64,000 nt of DNA. Source: Bispira polyomma. Taxonomy: Eukaryota. Position numbers and translations under genes: made by a program. Location: assembly GCA_965649765.1 (NCBI GenBank), contig OZ287750.1, positions 74,710,001-74,774,000 on the forward strand, in the 5' to 3' direction. The notes below the pieces were generated by a model that was not told where the DNA came from, searched no databases, and worked only from the letters and a program-made list of their open reading frames with translations. This document shows, piece after piece, positions 22,901 through 34,900 of this stretch; position 1 is the stretch's first letter; each line of letters opens with the position of its first letter.

Positions 22901-25900
22901 ACATGTTCTCTCCGGAGTTCGTTGAATCTGAAATTAAATCACAAGCATATAAATTTTACTACATTTACAGATGTTTGATACTGTGCATATTTAAGTATCA
23001 GCATTGAAAAAATTTAAAAATTAACAAATAACTTGGATTTGATAGACAATAAATTTTTTTGTGTGTGTTATATTTTCTGAAGTATGTTTGTCTGAAACAA
23101 GTTCCTTATTTCCATTTAAAAGTATAGCTCTTGTAAAATATTTTAGGGGCTTTCTGTCTTCTAACTGGTTTGACATTTCAAAGTTAAAATGCATTTTGGC
23201 ATTAAATATACCCACTTTACAGCTGTTTTTTTTACAATAAAATGTTGCAGTTTCCACTTCCTGTCTTTCTTTTGTATTTAGAAGTCTTGGTATGCGTTGA
23301 TAATAATCAAATAACACTTCATCTAACAACACCACTCAAGATGAACCTCTGTTATCTCTGAACTTCTGCTATCCACATATTCAAATTCAATTAATATTTT
23401 CCAATAGATGTATACTACAATACATCTTCCATTTTACAAAATCTTTAATCAGCCATTTAAACTCTTTTCCTACTGCAGGTGCATTGGATGTAGTTTCCCG
23501 TGGCCTAGCTATTAGGGAGTTGGTCTGGTGATCAGAAGGAAGGGATAACATCCTTAGGCAAGATGTGAACACGTCATTGTCCCTTCTGATGTGGACCCAG
23601 GATAAGTTTTAGGACACATGATTGGTTGATTGATTTAGTTGTTTGGTTTTGGAAAATATCTCGTATCAATAAAGCATGTTTAACATAAGGCTGCAAGCGA
23701 GCCGGAAAATGGGCCCCGGTTACACGCTAGATGATACCCAATCCAGTGCCGAGTACTCGCTAAATTTCGCTAAAAACTAGAAACCAAAATGAAGCTGTTT
23801 TGGTTTACTTCTTGCCAAACGTAACAAATATATGCATTGTAAATACTAAAACAAGATGACAATTGCGACCAATGGTCGCTTTATTAGGTAGGGCTCTGAC
23901 TTGGGACAAGTTATAGGTTGAAGACAAAAAAACAAAACAATTAATTTTGAGCAGGGCGATTTTGTCCAAGTTATAGGTTGGAGACAAAAAAATATTTAAT
24001 TTTGACCAGGGCGATGTTGTCAAAGTTACAGGTTGGAGACAAAAAAAAAAAACAATAAAATTTTGACCAGGGCGATTTTGTCCGTTATATAGTTGGAGAT
24101 AAAAAAAAAAAAACAATGTTAAGCAGGGCAATTTTGTCCAAGTTATAGGTTGGAAACAAAAAAAAATTAAATTTTGACCAGGGTGATTTGGTCTAAGTTA
24201 TAGGTTGGAGATAAAAAAAAGAATTAAGTTTGAGCGGGGCGATTTTGTCCAAGTTATAGGTTGGAGACAAAAAAAGAATTAATTTTGACCAGGGCGATGT
24301 TGTCAAAGTTACATTTTCACCAAGGCGATTTTGTCCAGTTATAGGTTGGAGACAAAAAAAAAGAATTAATTTTGACCAGGGCGATTTTGTCCAAGTTATA
24401 GGTTGGAGACAAACAAAAAAAATATTTTGACCAAGGTGATTTTGTCCAAGTTATAAGTTGAAGATCGAGCAGGGCGATTTTCTCCAAGTTATAGGTTGGA
24501 GACAAAAAAATATTTAATTTTGACCAGGGCGTTGTTACAGGTTGGAAACAAAAAAACAATAAAATTTTGACCAGGGCGATTTTGTTTAAGTTATATAGTT
24601 GGAGATAGACCGAGTTTTCTGTCCTCAACGATGCTTTGATTTACTGATGTGTGCTCGCCAATGGCCGCATATCAGTAAATAAAAAGGCCGTTTCGGCGAC
24701 AGAGAACTCGGTCTAGTCATTTTTTTATATATTTTGAAACGGTATCTTAAAATGTGTACATCTCAGCGAGTATGCGACGAAATTTAACTTTGTAAAAGGT
24801 TTCAGAAAGTGTATAAATTACTCTTTATAGTCATATGAATCTTAAAATTGTAGCTTTACTACTACCTTCACAGTTTCTAACAGATCTCGGCTCATTTTCA
24901 TTGACTTAATAAGAAATTCAAAGTGACTATTATACCAACGTAGTCTGCATTTTAACTCCCAAACTCTAAAGTTAAATATTTCTACCATATTTTAACGGAT
25001 TTTCATGCAACAAAAAGGACTATAACCAGAATAAAATAAACTAATTCTCAAGACTTTTCAAAATAATATAACAAAAGTATGTCGGTAAAATAAATAACTT
25101 TGTCGGCAAAATACTATAAAAATTATTTATTTGCTACCCGTATTTAAACTTGAATATCTTGAGCATTTTTCAACAGATTTTGATGGAAAAAAAGCACAAA
25201 TTTCTTCTAAAAAGACAATATTTTGGTTAAAATATTCGTTTATCGCTTACTTCTGCTGTTTGTAAACTTATATTTCTATCATCGAGAGCACCCACAAGTA
25301 CCAACTTCCATATAAAGACATATACTTGTCTTCAGCAAAAAGACGCAAAGCAGTATAATGTACACATATATGTTTAATAGCTATTTTCGGGGAGTTAAGT
25401 GAAGTTCTGTTAATTTTCGGAACACAAGAAAGTACGAAGGATAAACTCTTTATTTTGTCATGCAAATACAATAACAATTCTAAAAATGTACCTTGTATCT
25501 TATTGAACCCAGAAGCGAAAATGCAGGCTTTCAAAGTAGTAAACTGCCATTTAGCCGTTTCCGAAAATATCAAAGAAAAGATTATGCCTTTAAAGGCCGA
25601 CAAGACAATGGAATGACGTTACTGCACATTGCAAGTTCGTGTGCAATTTCGGAATTACAAAATTAAGCTCTTCTTTAACCCTAAAACTATAAATATCCCT
25701 TAATTATTTAATAATTTGCATTTAATATGTTAACTACTTACAATAGCTCAAATATGAAAGCATATATTCTGAAGCAAATGGATGTTATCGGTTAACTTAT
25801 TTGGAACTACTGGCATTTTAAAATTGCATACGGCCATTCCTGGTTTCTGTTTTAATCAGTACATCTATCTCCAGTATATGTTTTCGTGAGAATAAATTAC

Positions 25901-28900
25901 CAAGAGGGTATTGATCGTGTCACTGCGCATGCTCGGAAGATCACATGTCCATACATAGTACTCTCCTTTCATTCATAAAAATATCCATCAATGAAACAGC
26001 TGACAAGATCACATAATTTATTCTCACGAGACGGAAAATAGATTACAAGCCTTGAACAAGTGAATGACGTCACAGTCCCAAATTGGTTTACAAAACTGTC
26101 TTTGTGTGTTAAATGGCTGAAAAATGGCTGTTTCTCCCTCAATTCTGCTTGAATTAACACAAATTGACAAACGGTGAACGGTCGGGCAACAAGAGAAATC
26201 GCTTCGTCGGGGGGTTAACCGACTACTCGTCCCGCCCTTAGTTTTAAATGTATAATACAAAACAATAAGTTGTCCCGTACTCACCTTGCGGACTAGGCAT
26301 TATGGGAGTTCCTGGGGCACCCGGTCCTGCCATGTGTGGACCCTGGAATATACAACAAATCAGGTGTAGTAAAAAACTTGATTTTGTACCCAGAATGTTC
26401 CATACAAAGTTCTAGAGTTAAAGAAGAAATGCCTCTACTTAACAGCAAATGTTTAGTTAAATTGTTTTTACATAGTGTCCAGATTGGGAAAGAATTTAGT
26501 TGGATTTTATGTCACTATCAACAGCTTTGGTCATATTGCGACAGGCCAGCATTAGTGGTAGGGGGAAACCAGTGCTAAAGCCACTGTAAACCACCGACCT
26601 ACTAGTACCTCACAAATTTTTCCACATGAACGGGATTTAAACACACATTGGTGAGAGGCCAGTGATTGTGAAGCTAATGCTTCTAACCACTAGGTCACTG
26701 CAGCCTGTTATAGTGTCTGGAATGTTCAGTAAAAATTTTGATAGTTAAAAAGACTTTCAAGTAGAACATCTGGGGACAATTTGAGTTTGAATTGGGATAT
26801 TTAACATCCACTCTAGTACTTGTTTAGAGTATATTGGGACAGGTAGTTGGAAACGCTGGAAGACACTGCATACGGTTGACCAAGATTCTGCACTAAAACC
26901 ACTGGTACCACCTTTCTCACATAGGCATCAACAGGAGTCGAACCGATGCCAGTCAATCCCAGAGGTGAGAGGCCAGTGATTGTGAGGCATGTGCTTCTAA
27001 CCACTAGGTCACTGCAGCCTGTTATAGTGTCTGGAATGTTCAGTAAAAATTTCAACAATTAAAAGCCCTTATGGTAGAACATCTGGGGACAAGAAGATCT
27101 ACTTATACTAAAGCAGGATTTCCACTTAACAGTGATGATTTTAGAAGATAATGTCTCAAATAAGACTATAGGACTGAAATAATACAAAAACACTGAACAA
27201 AAGCACCTGTTCTTAAGCACTGACAGAGAGAGCTACATTTCCTTCACATAAAATGTCACAGAACAGACATTTGCAAAGGTTTCCTTTTCAATTATCTGAA
27301 AATGGTTTTCAAGATAGCATCTAAGTAGTAAATGTACTTGTTACATTTAGGTAGCACAGTATGACAATCTACTACATCTCATGAAACTGGAACATGAATT
27401 TCCGCATTGATAGTAATTTTCAGGCTTTATAATTTATGAAGTTAAGACTGATCCTTTTTATATTTGGATACAGTCAAAGAATTGTTCAAACAAAACCATA
27501 AAAGTATTAAAACGTGACTAACGTTGAAGTTTCCTGGTGATGGTGAAGAGTAACTGTTCATCTGTAAACACAACACAACAAAATTTGAGATTTATTATTT
27601 ATGACATTTGGGGTTTAATTTAACTTTGAATTTCAACTGCATACTGCAGTGAAATTTCCTTTACTTAAACTTCTATTATCCAAAATATTCAATTTTCTGA
27701 ACAAACTTTCTTTCTCCTAAATTCACATTTTTCGAATATTTCAAACTAAAATACTTCTGAAAGAAAATGTAAAGAATATATGAAGAAAATCTAAAGATTA
27801 TCTAAAGAAAATATTGCATTTGCCAGCATGTTCAGACAAAAGAGGTGCACTTTATAGGAAGACGAGCAGTTAATTGGAGGTTTTTTTTTTGTTTGAATTT
27901 GGATATTTAACGTCCACTCTAGTACCTGTTTAGGTTATATTGGGACGGGTAATGGGAAACGCTGGAGGAAACACTGCATACAGTTGATGAAGGTTCTGCA
28001 CTGAAACCAGCGGCCCACAGTAAGGAACTACCACCTTTCCCATATAGGCATCGATGCAAGTCGAACCCATGCCAGCCGATCCCAGAGGTGAAGTTAATTG
28101 GAGAAATGCAGACCAGTGTCAAATTGGTCAAGTTTTGTTAACTGCAAATCACATGCCTTAAGCAAGTCTGTGGCCAAAATGTGATACATGGGTAATTTCC
28201 CATTCAAGGTCCTTTATAATACAGTCAACCCCTCTAAAAAGAATTCTGATAGGTGGAATTACCTGTTAAGTAGAAGTTATTTTAAGGTCCCTTTGCTGTA
28301 ATTCTAATTAAAATTCACCCTGTTAAGTAGAAGTTCTGTTAGAAGAAATTTGTTTTATGGTCCCTTAAGATTTGACTTCATAGGGTTCTAATGTAGTACA
28401 TTTACAATTTCCTATTTAAGCTGTTATAAAAATAAGATATTTTTTTACGCTGTTATATAAGGCAACACTTTGACAAATTTCCATAAATTACCAAAACCAA
28501 CATTTGTTAGTAAGATACAATCGAGGTAGGTCTTCCCATGACTTTGTTGACTACTTCACATGTATTAAAGTCACACTACCTGTTTATGATTTATATACTC
28601 CAAACGTTAAAAGAACACATTTGGGCAGTTTACACAATCTATTAGACTTTGCAGTGATCATGCATATAATATATTTAGCTGGTGTCAAGGTTACAACTGT
28701 AACAAGGTACAGCGGGTACACGGATTCGAGATAGTTGAGATGTTTGCGATGACTTGGGCCGCACTTTCATGGCATGTCACTCCCTTCTATTTTTTACCCA
28801 CACCTTTTTACTTGTACACAATTGTATTTACTATGAGAGTGTTTCACACTGTTTACTAACCATGCTGACGGGGGTTGAGGTGGGGGGCCATGGTCTATTT

Positions 28901-31900
28901 ACCTGTGGACCACCAGGGCCGGGCCTGAAACACAACAACAGCATACATTTTTGGGAACAACCATTGACATAATGTATTTTTTAACATGATGAGCTGAACA
29001 GAAACACCTCTTTCTTGCACACACGTTATCTGATGCGATAATGCACTCCAACTGGAATATGTCTCCAGGACCCAAATTTAAGGCTTCCTACAATAACTAA
29101 CATCTACTTTCCATAACACATGTGGGAAGCAAGATTTTGTTTAGATTATAGAAACTTCATAAAATAGAATACTCAATTTACTATAACACAAAAGGTAAAT
29201 GCAAATTTGGGATATTACAACTATGTTTCAATTATTCAAATTTGAAGTTAGATGGGTTTTACATTAGGTCCTATCAGATTTAAGGTTGAAGATACCAGTG
29301 CTTGAACACTTTTCAATTGTTTGGAGGAGTTTAGAGCTTCTACTCTAGACTGTACAGTAGACAGTACATTTACTATCCAGGGGAAAGCAGCATTTCTGCC
29401 CAGATGAGAGAATCTTTTTAAATAGAAGAAGTACTTCATATATAGCAGTATACAACAAAAAAGACGCTCAGTAGAACACATAAGTTTGCGAAGACACCAC
29501 AGTGCTGAACCATAAGTTGTTGCGGAGAAAATGTTTTCAAACTTTTGTACAATATTGTAAATAAAAATCCCTCTACTTAATTTACTATTATTTTGGCATA
29601 AACTCAGGTACTATAATCTTTCAAGAACAAATTATTCTTTAACTTAAAGTTAATTTTGGAGAACATCATTCTCGTAGTACACGGTAGGTTTGTAAGATGT
29701 CACAGTGAAAGACCACTGGTAGTGTTCTGGTATATGATCATTTTAGTGGCAACAAATCTTTTTAAAACTTTAGAGTGAGTACTTAAAATGGTGTTCCTCT
29801 GTCACTGGGTCCTATCTCAAGTGTCAGGCCAAAGAGTGTTCAGGGTAATGACAGTTAACCGTACTTGTTGGCTACAATTGGGCAGTCAAGAAAAGGTAAC
29901 ATGGCGCTTTGAGTCCAATAACGCAAGACTATACTGCAGTGAGGGTAAAATTTATTGAATTTTTTAGTTGATTTAATTGGGTTTTAAGCCACCAGTCTAC
30001 GACAAGTGGCTGAGTTGAAAAGGCCAGTGTTAGTAAAACTTCTAGCCTCTGGGCCCCTCATTAACAAGTGTAAAAAGACACAATACTTACATGGACATGG
30101 GGGGCATTGGTCCTCCAGGACCCATACTGGAGGGTGGTGGGCCTCGCATCCCAAAGTTCTGGATAATAGACAAATGTTAATACATAGAAATCACTTCTGT
30201 CAAGGAAAGAATCGATTCTTTACCCAACTAAAATCAGTCTTTGTGCAAAATAAATAAAAAAATATCATAAAACTTTGATCAAACTCTACAGCACTTTAAT
30301 AAAGTAGAATTGAACTCTTTTTAAAATTTATTTTAGTTTTTGAATTTCATAAAATTTTCTAAAAACCTTTAAAGAAATAAACTAATTGCACTTAAATTTG
30401 TACCAACAACTTGATTTTCTTTAAAAAACAAGAAAGACTTTCTAGATTCTGTAAGTTCAGATCATGTGACTCACATTAAACTCAGGACCCATGGGACCTG
30501 GCATCCTCTGATGATTCATTCTTGTCATAGGCATACCTGGGTGTCCTGAAAATACAGAGCAAACAGGGTTTATAAATATCCATGGTAACCAAATGAATGA
30601 GCAAGTTTCAAAATACGGAGTCCCCAGGATTTGGTCACCACAAAATAGTGGAGGAAAAAACCAAAAACATCCTTTTCAAATCTTATACAGTACTCTCAAT
30701 CTCTTGATATACACTCATGTATATATATTAGTGTAGAAACATACCAGTCTCTCCAGACACTTTACAAATGATAATCACACACACAGCCATATGAATTTAA
30801 ATGTGTTGGGAGTTGTTACAGTAGTGTACACCAAACTTTGATATAACTGTAAAATTATTAAGCGTAGAAGACTGGAACTTTCTTAGATCTTCCAAGGTAC
30901 ACACTGTAATGCCAACAGGCATCAACCAATATCATGTCTAATTGTAGATCTATTTATGCCCTCTCAATAAACTCAAAAGAGTGGTCCATTTCACTTTAGA
31001 GTTATATGTACTACTTCAGCTGTTATGCATGGGTGCAGAATGAGTACACGATTAACAGTGGGGACATTGTAAATATTGCACACTGGGATCTAATTCATAA
31101 TAAAGGCTGAAAAAAATAACTGATCAGCTATTTTTCTGTTTTAGCCCCAGTAATGCTGTTGTCATACTTTTTCTCATGTCTACAATCTATAAACATGTTA
31201 CAGATACATTTGACCTCTTTTTATCAAATGCAAACCATCATTTAAATGCCAACTTGACACAAAAATATATGTACTTCATTCAGTACTGTACAAAAACTGA
31301 AGCCAGGAGCTGACCTACAAGTACAGCACCTTACTTTAGATAATTGTATGTTTTGAATATATTCACTGATCAATATAAAATCATTAATGTAATCTTCCAA
31401 ACTCGGTTAAAATAATGAACATCCTCCCAGAAGCTTACTTTAACAAGAGTTGTCTTTTAAACAAGGGTACAGGCGTACATTGTGAGAAATATGGACTCGA
31501 CACCCCCTCAGTTTGACAAGGTTGATTGCTTCCAACCATGACAGCTGTGCCTGATAATCATGTAATAATAAAACTCTGACACCCCTTAGTTTCACCTGGG
31601 TCGATTGCTTTCTACCAAGACCTGAAGTCGTTACAGATTGTTTCCAACATGGCCGAACAATTTTCTGATGGAAATCAACATCAGGCTGCACCTGATAAAA
31701 ACCTATCCACATCTATTAGACTTTTATAAATTAGTGTGTGAACGCAATGACACTTCTGGCCAATAATTTCCTGTGAGCTCCCTCTTGTTTTGAAGCTCCC
31801 TAACAGCCTATAGGTTCTATTAAAGGGCTCATTAACACCAGGCACAATGATGAAGCCACAGCAGGGAGAACCAATAAAAGGTCATAAACAAGACTGAGCT

Positions 31901-34900
31901 GAGGTAAATGCTGAAAGCCTAGGTTTCCATGTAAGAGACAGCAGAAAATGGACACCTGGCAACGGATTGAAGTGTTTCTATTTAAACAGACTGCAGATAA
32001 CGGACACCTGGCAACGGATTGAAGTGTTTCTATGTAAAGAGACAGCAGATAACAGACACCCAACAACAAAATTGTAGTGTTTCCATGTGTGTGATTTTAC
32101 ACTTGATCGTTGTCCTAACCCTTTCCCTGTATCTATGCGACACCAAAAAAAGTTTGGATTTTACAGGGAGCGTACAGGAAAATCTAACCGTCATATATCC
32201 CGACAGACAAGTTACACACTGTATCACTGTTTGTATAAGAATTAAAATCTTTTGAATATGGAGATATTTAAAGAGACAGAAAATGGGTTGCTGAAATTTT
32301 TAATCTTGAACAAGAACAGAAAAGCAACACAAGCAAATTACTGAGCATGCGCCTCCAACACGTGGACAGAGTTTATCTCGAAAACGAGTTTGAAACCACA
32401 GTCACAAGTTAAGGCAGTGTCCCATTTTTTTCTATTTTCGCTCACAGAAGACGATGATTTTAAAAATATTATCTTTAACAGTACTTTTAGAAATGCCACT
32501 TTACCATAATCCTAATAATATAAGTTCATTTGCTGACATATTTTACTGCATATTATGGCCGAACTTCAAAAATATGCAATTGTTTTCAAGTCCTTTTTTA
32601 ATTTCTTTTGATGCAATATTATAGCCAGTGATTTTGCAGGGTTTACCAAAAAATATATCGAGGGGCTAGGCTGTGTCTTTTGTGCCAAATTTGAGTGGGC
32701 AGCTAACCACTTTCAAGATCAGCCTGTTGACACGTTTCTGGAGCAAAACTGGCCATACTGATGGTATAACAGGAGAATATAGTGCATATCTAATGCACAG
32801 CATTCTCCTACAAAAAGTATAATTTTTATTGTTTGTCTGCAGACCCTAAACAGGGTGACAGCTAACTTGAGCTAAGCAATTGTTTCACTGGCATTGGCTG
32901 CCAGTCATTTGCATCATCTATACTGACGGGCATATGGAAACAATCTGAATGACAATAAAGAAAATGATTTAAAAAAGAAAAGGGAAAAAAAGAAAGAAAA
33001 AGGAATACATTATATGTGGGCTATCACATGCCAGCAGCCTGCTGTATGGAAAGTTTTGGAAACAAAGGTAAATTTTTTTTAGCGGGAGCATGTCCCACCT
33101 ATCATTGTTCACCGGTACCGGGGTCCTTAACAGTCTAATATTCAATGAAGGTAACCATATATTTAACCACACATATATAGCAAACACAATTGATTTACTT
33201 CATTACCGTCCCTGTCGGTTAAAAAACCTTTCAAACCCATCTTTCACAGGCACTGACGGTAATAATGTAAATCGATTGTGATATATGTGTGATTAGGTTA
33301 CCTTCCATAATATTTAGATGGATAATGGTGAACAATGACAGGTGAAATTTCCACTTTATACTTGGTTTTGGTAAAGTACCTCCTCTAATCTAATTATAAG
33401 AGTATCTAAAATTCTAATAAACACACTCATATAACGGAAATTAAAAAGTGACCAATTTTCACAAATATGGCCAGGTTCCAATTTTCTTTATTTTAATGAA
33501 AGGGATTTCTTCACAAGCCATTTAAATAAGTTGACATGTTGCCGTTCCACTCAAACTCAATTTGTAAAATAGATAAAAATTAAAATAATTGTATAACTGG
33601 TTTTTAATTTTTCAGAATTTAGTCCATAGGAACATTTATTACCAATGGGGAAAATAGAAGTATAAGTTTATATACTACATCAATGAACATCAGAACGGAA
33701 CTGTTTGATAGAAGAGCTATTCTTAAAACCTGGGGAATTCATAGCCAAACTTCCCACCAGAGTATAGAAACAATATACAATGTCTGAGGCAGATTACATT
33801 ACCATATCCTATTAGATATGAAGCATTATTGGACATAAAATCTGACAATACACAGCAAACCACTGATTTCTAATCCAATTAGCTTTAACTCTAAAAATTC
33901 CATGATAACCCACCAAATCGATATCAGCATTTAGCCCTACACACAAAAACAACCCCACAAGTCTACAAATGTTTTGGCTATAAATCTCAGGGCTGTTCAG
34001 AAGGCTGTATCTTTTACAGTCCAAAGGCTACCTGTTACCAAGTACCAAGTTCTGGTTGTGAAAAAGACTAAAACTCTGCCTGCCATAAAGGTGTACAGGA
34101 GAAAGTTAGTTACGTGTCAAAGCAACGTGTTGTATTCTCAGTTTATACCTCGACATTCAGACACTAAGGCCCTTTGCATTTATAAAGGGCTTTCTTTCGA
34201 AGCGCTGCACACAGTTTACACTGGCAGCTTGGGTTCTTCCACTTGTCAACCAATTGTTTACTCTTAGCTCTCTAAGGGAGCATACTAGCCATGCTGCAAC
34301 AGACCGCGCACAGACCGACACTCATTAGCGGCCAGGTACCCACCTGGGTGGAGAGGTACAACTTTGTGTGAAGTACCTTGTCCAAGGGTACAATCTCCAG
34401 GCCTGCAGCAAGGATCGAACAAGGACCCTCAGATCCAGAGTCTGACACTTTAACCGCTAGGCCACAGAGACTCCTTTAGGCTTCTTGCAAACCAGATCCC
34501 GTAAAGTATGATCCGAATAAAAACAAACGACTATATGAGATTCGAAGTTTTTACAAGTTGCATACAAATTAAATCTTCCTTTATATGATCACAAACTCCT
34601 ACATATTTTTGGTATTACACACTTACGATCGGACAAAAATTTAACAAATTTCTAAAATAGAAATTGTCATAGTGTATGTGACCAGTTCTGGTGTGATCAT
34701 ATGTTGTTCAGAGTTTGCAAAATTTTTGTTGGATCGTACGGCACCGGAACTGTTGTGCAAAACCCTTTACAAAAACTAGGCATTCTGTTGTACTTTTCCT
34801 AAACCAATGCCACTGAACCATTAGCAATCAGTGCTGCAGATGGCCAAATGATGTTTTGTTGTGCAAGCCTTTACATGGTCTGCATAAAGATTGGCCAAAT

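Larger units (their letters stand above)
23686..26270. mobile_element. Young CpG-retaining non-autonomous element or composite filling most of intron G-H
   Basis: GC/CpG-rich ends (23690-23770 and 26170-26240), internal minisatellite and palindrome, no ORF; boundaries approximate. Confidence 0.5.

Noticed and set aside
23885-24605. Repeat-spacer-like array and ORFs 23805..24131 and 24317..24628
   Set aside because: The apparent spacers are only variable poly-A linkers; the ORFs are by-products of the minisatellite.
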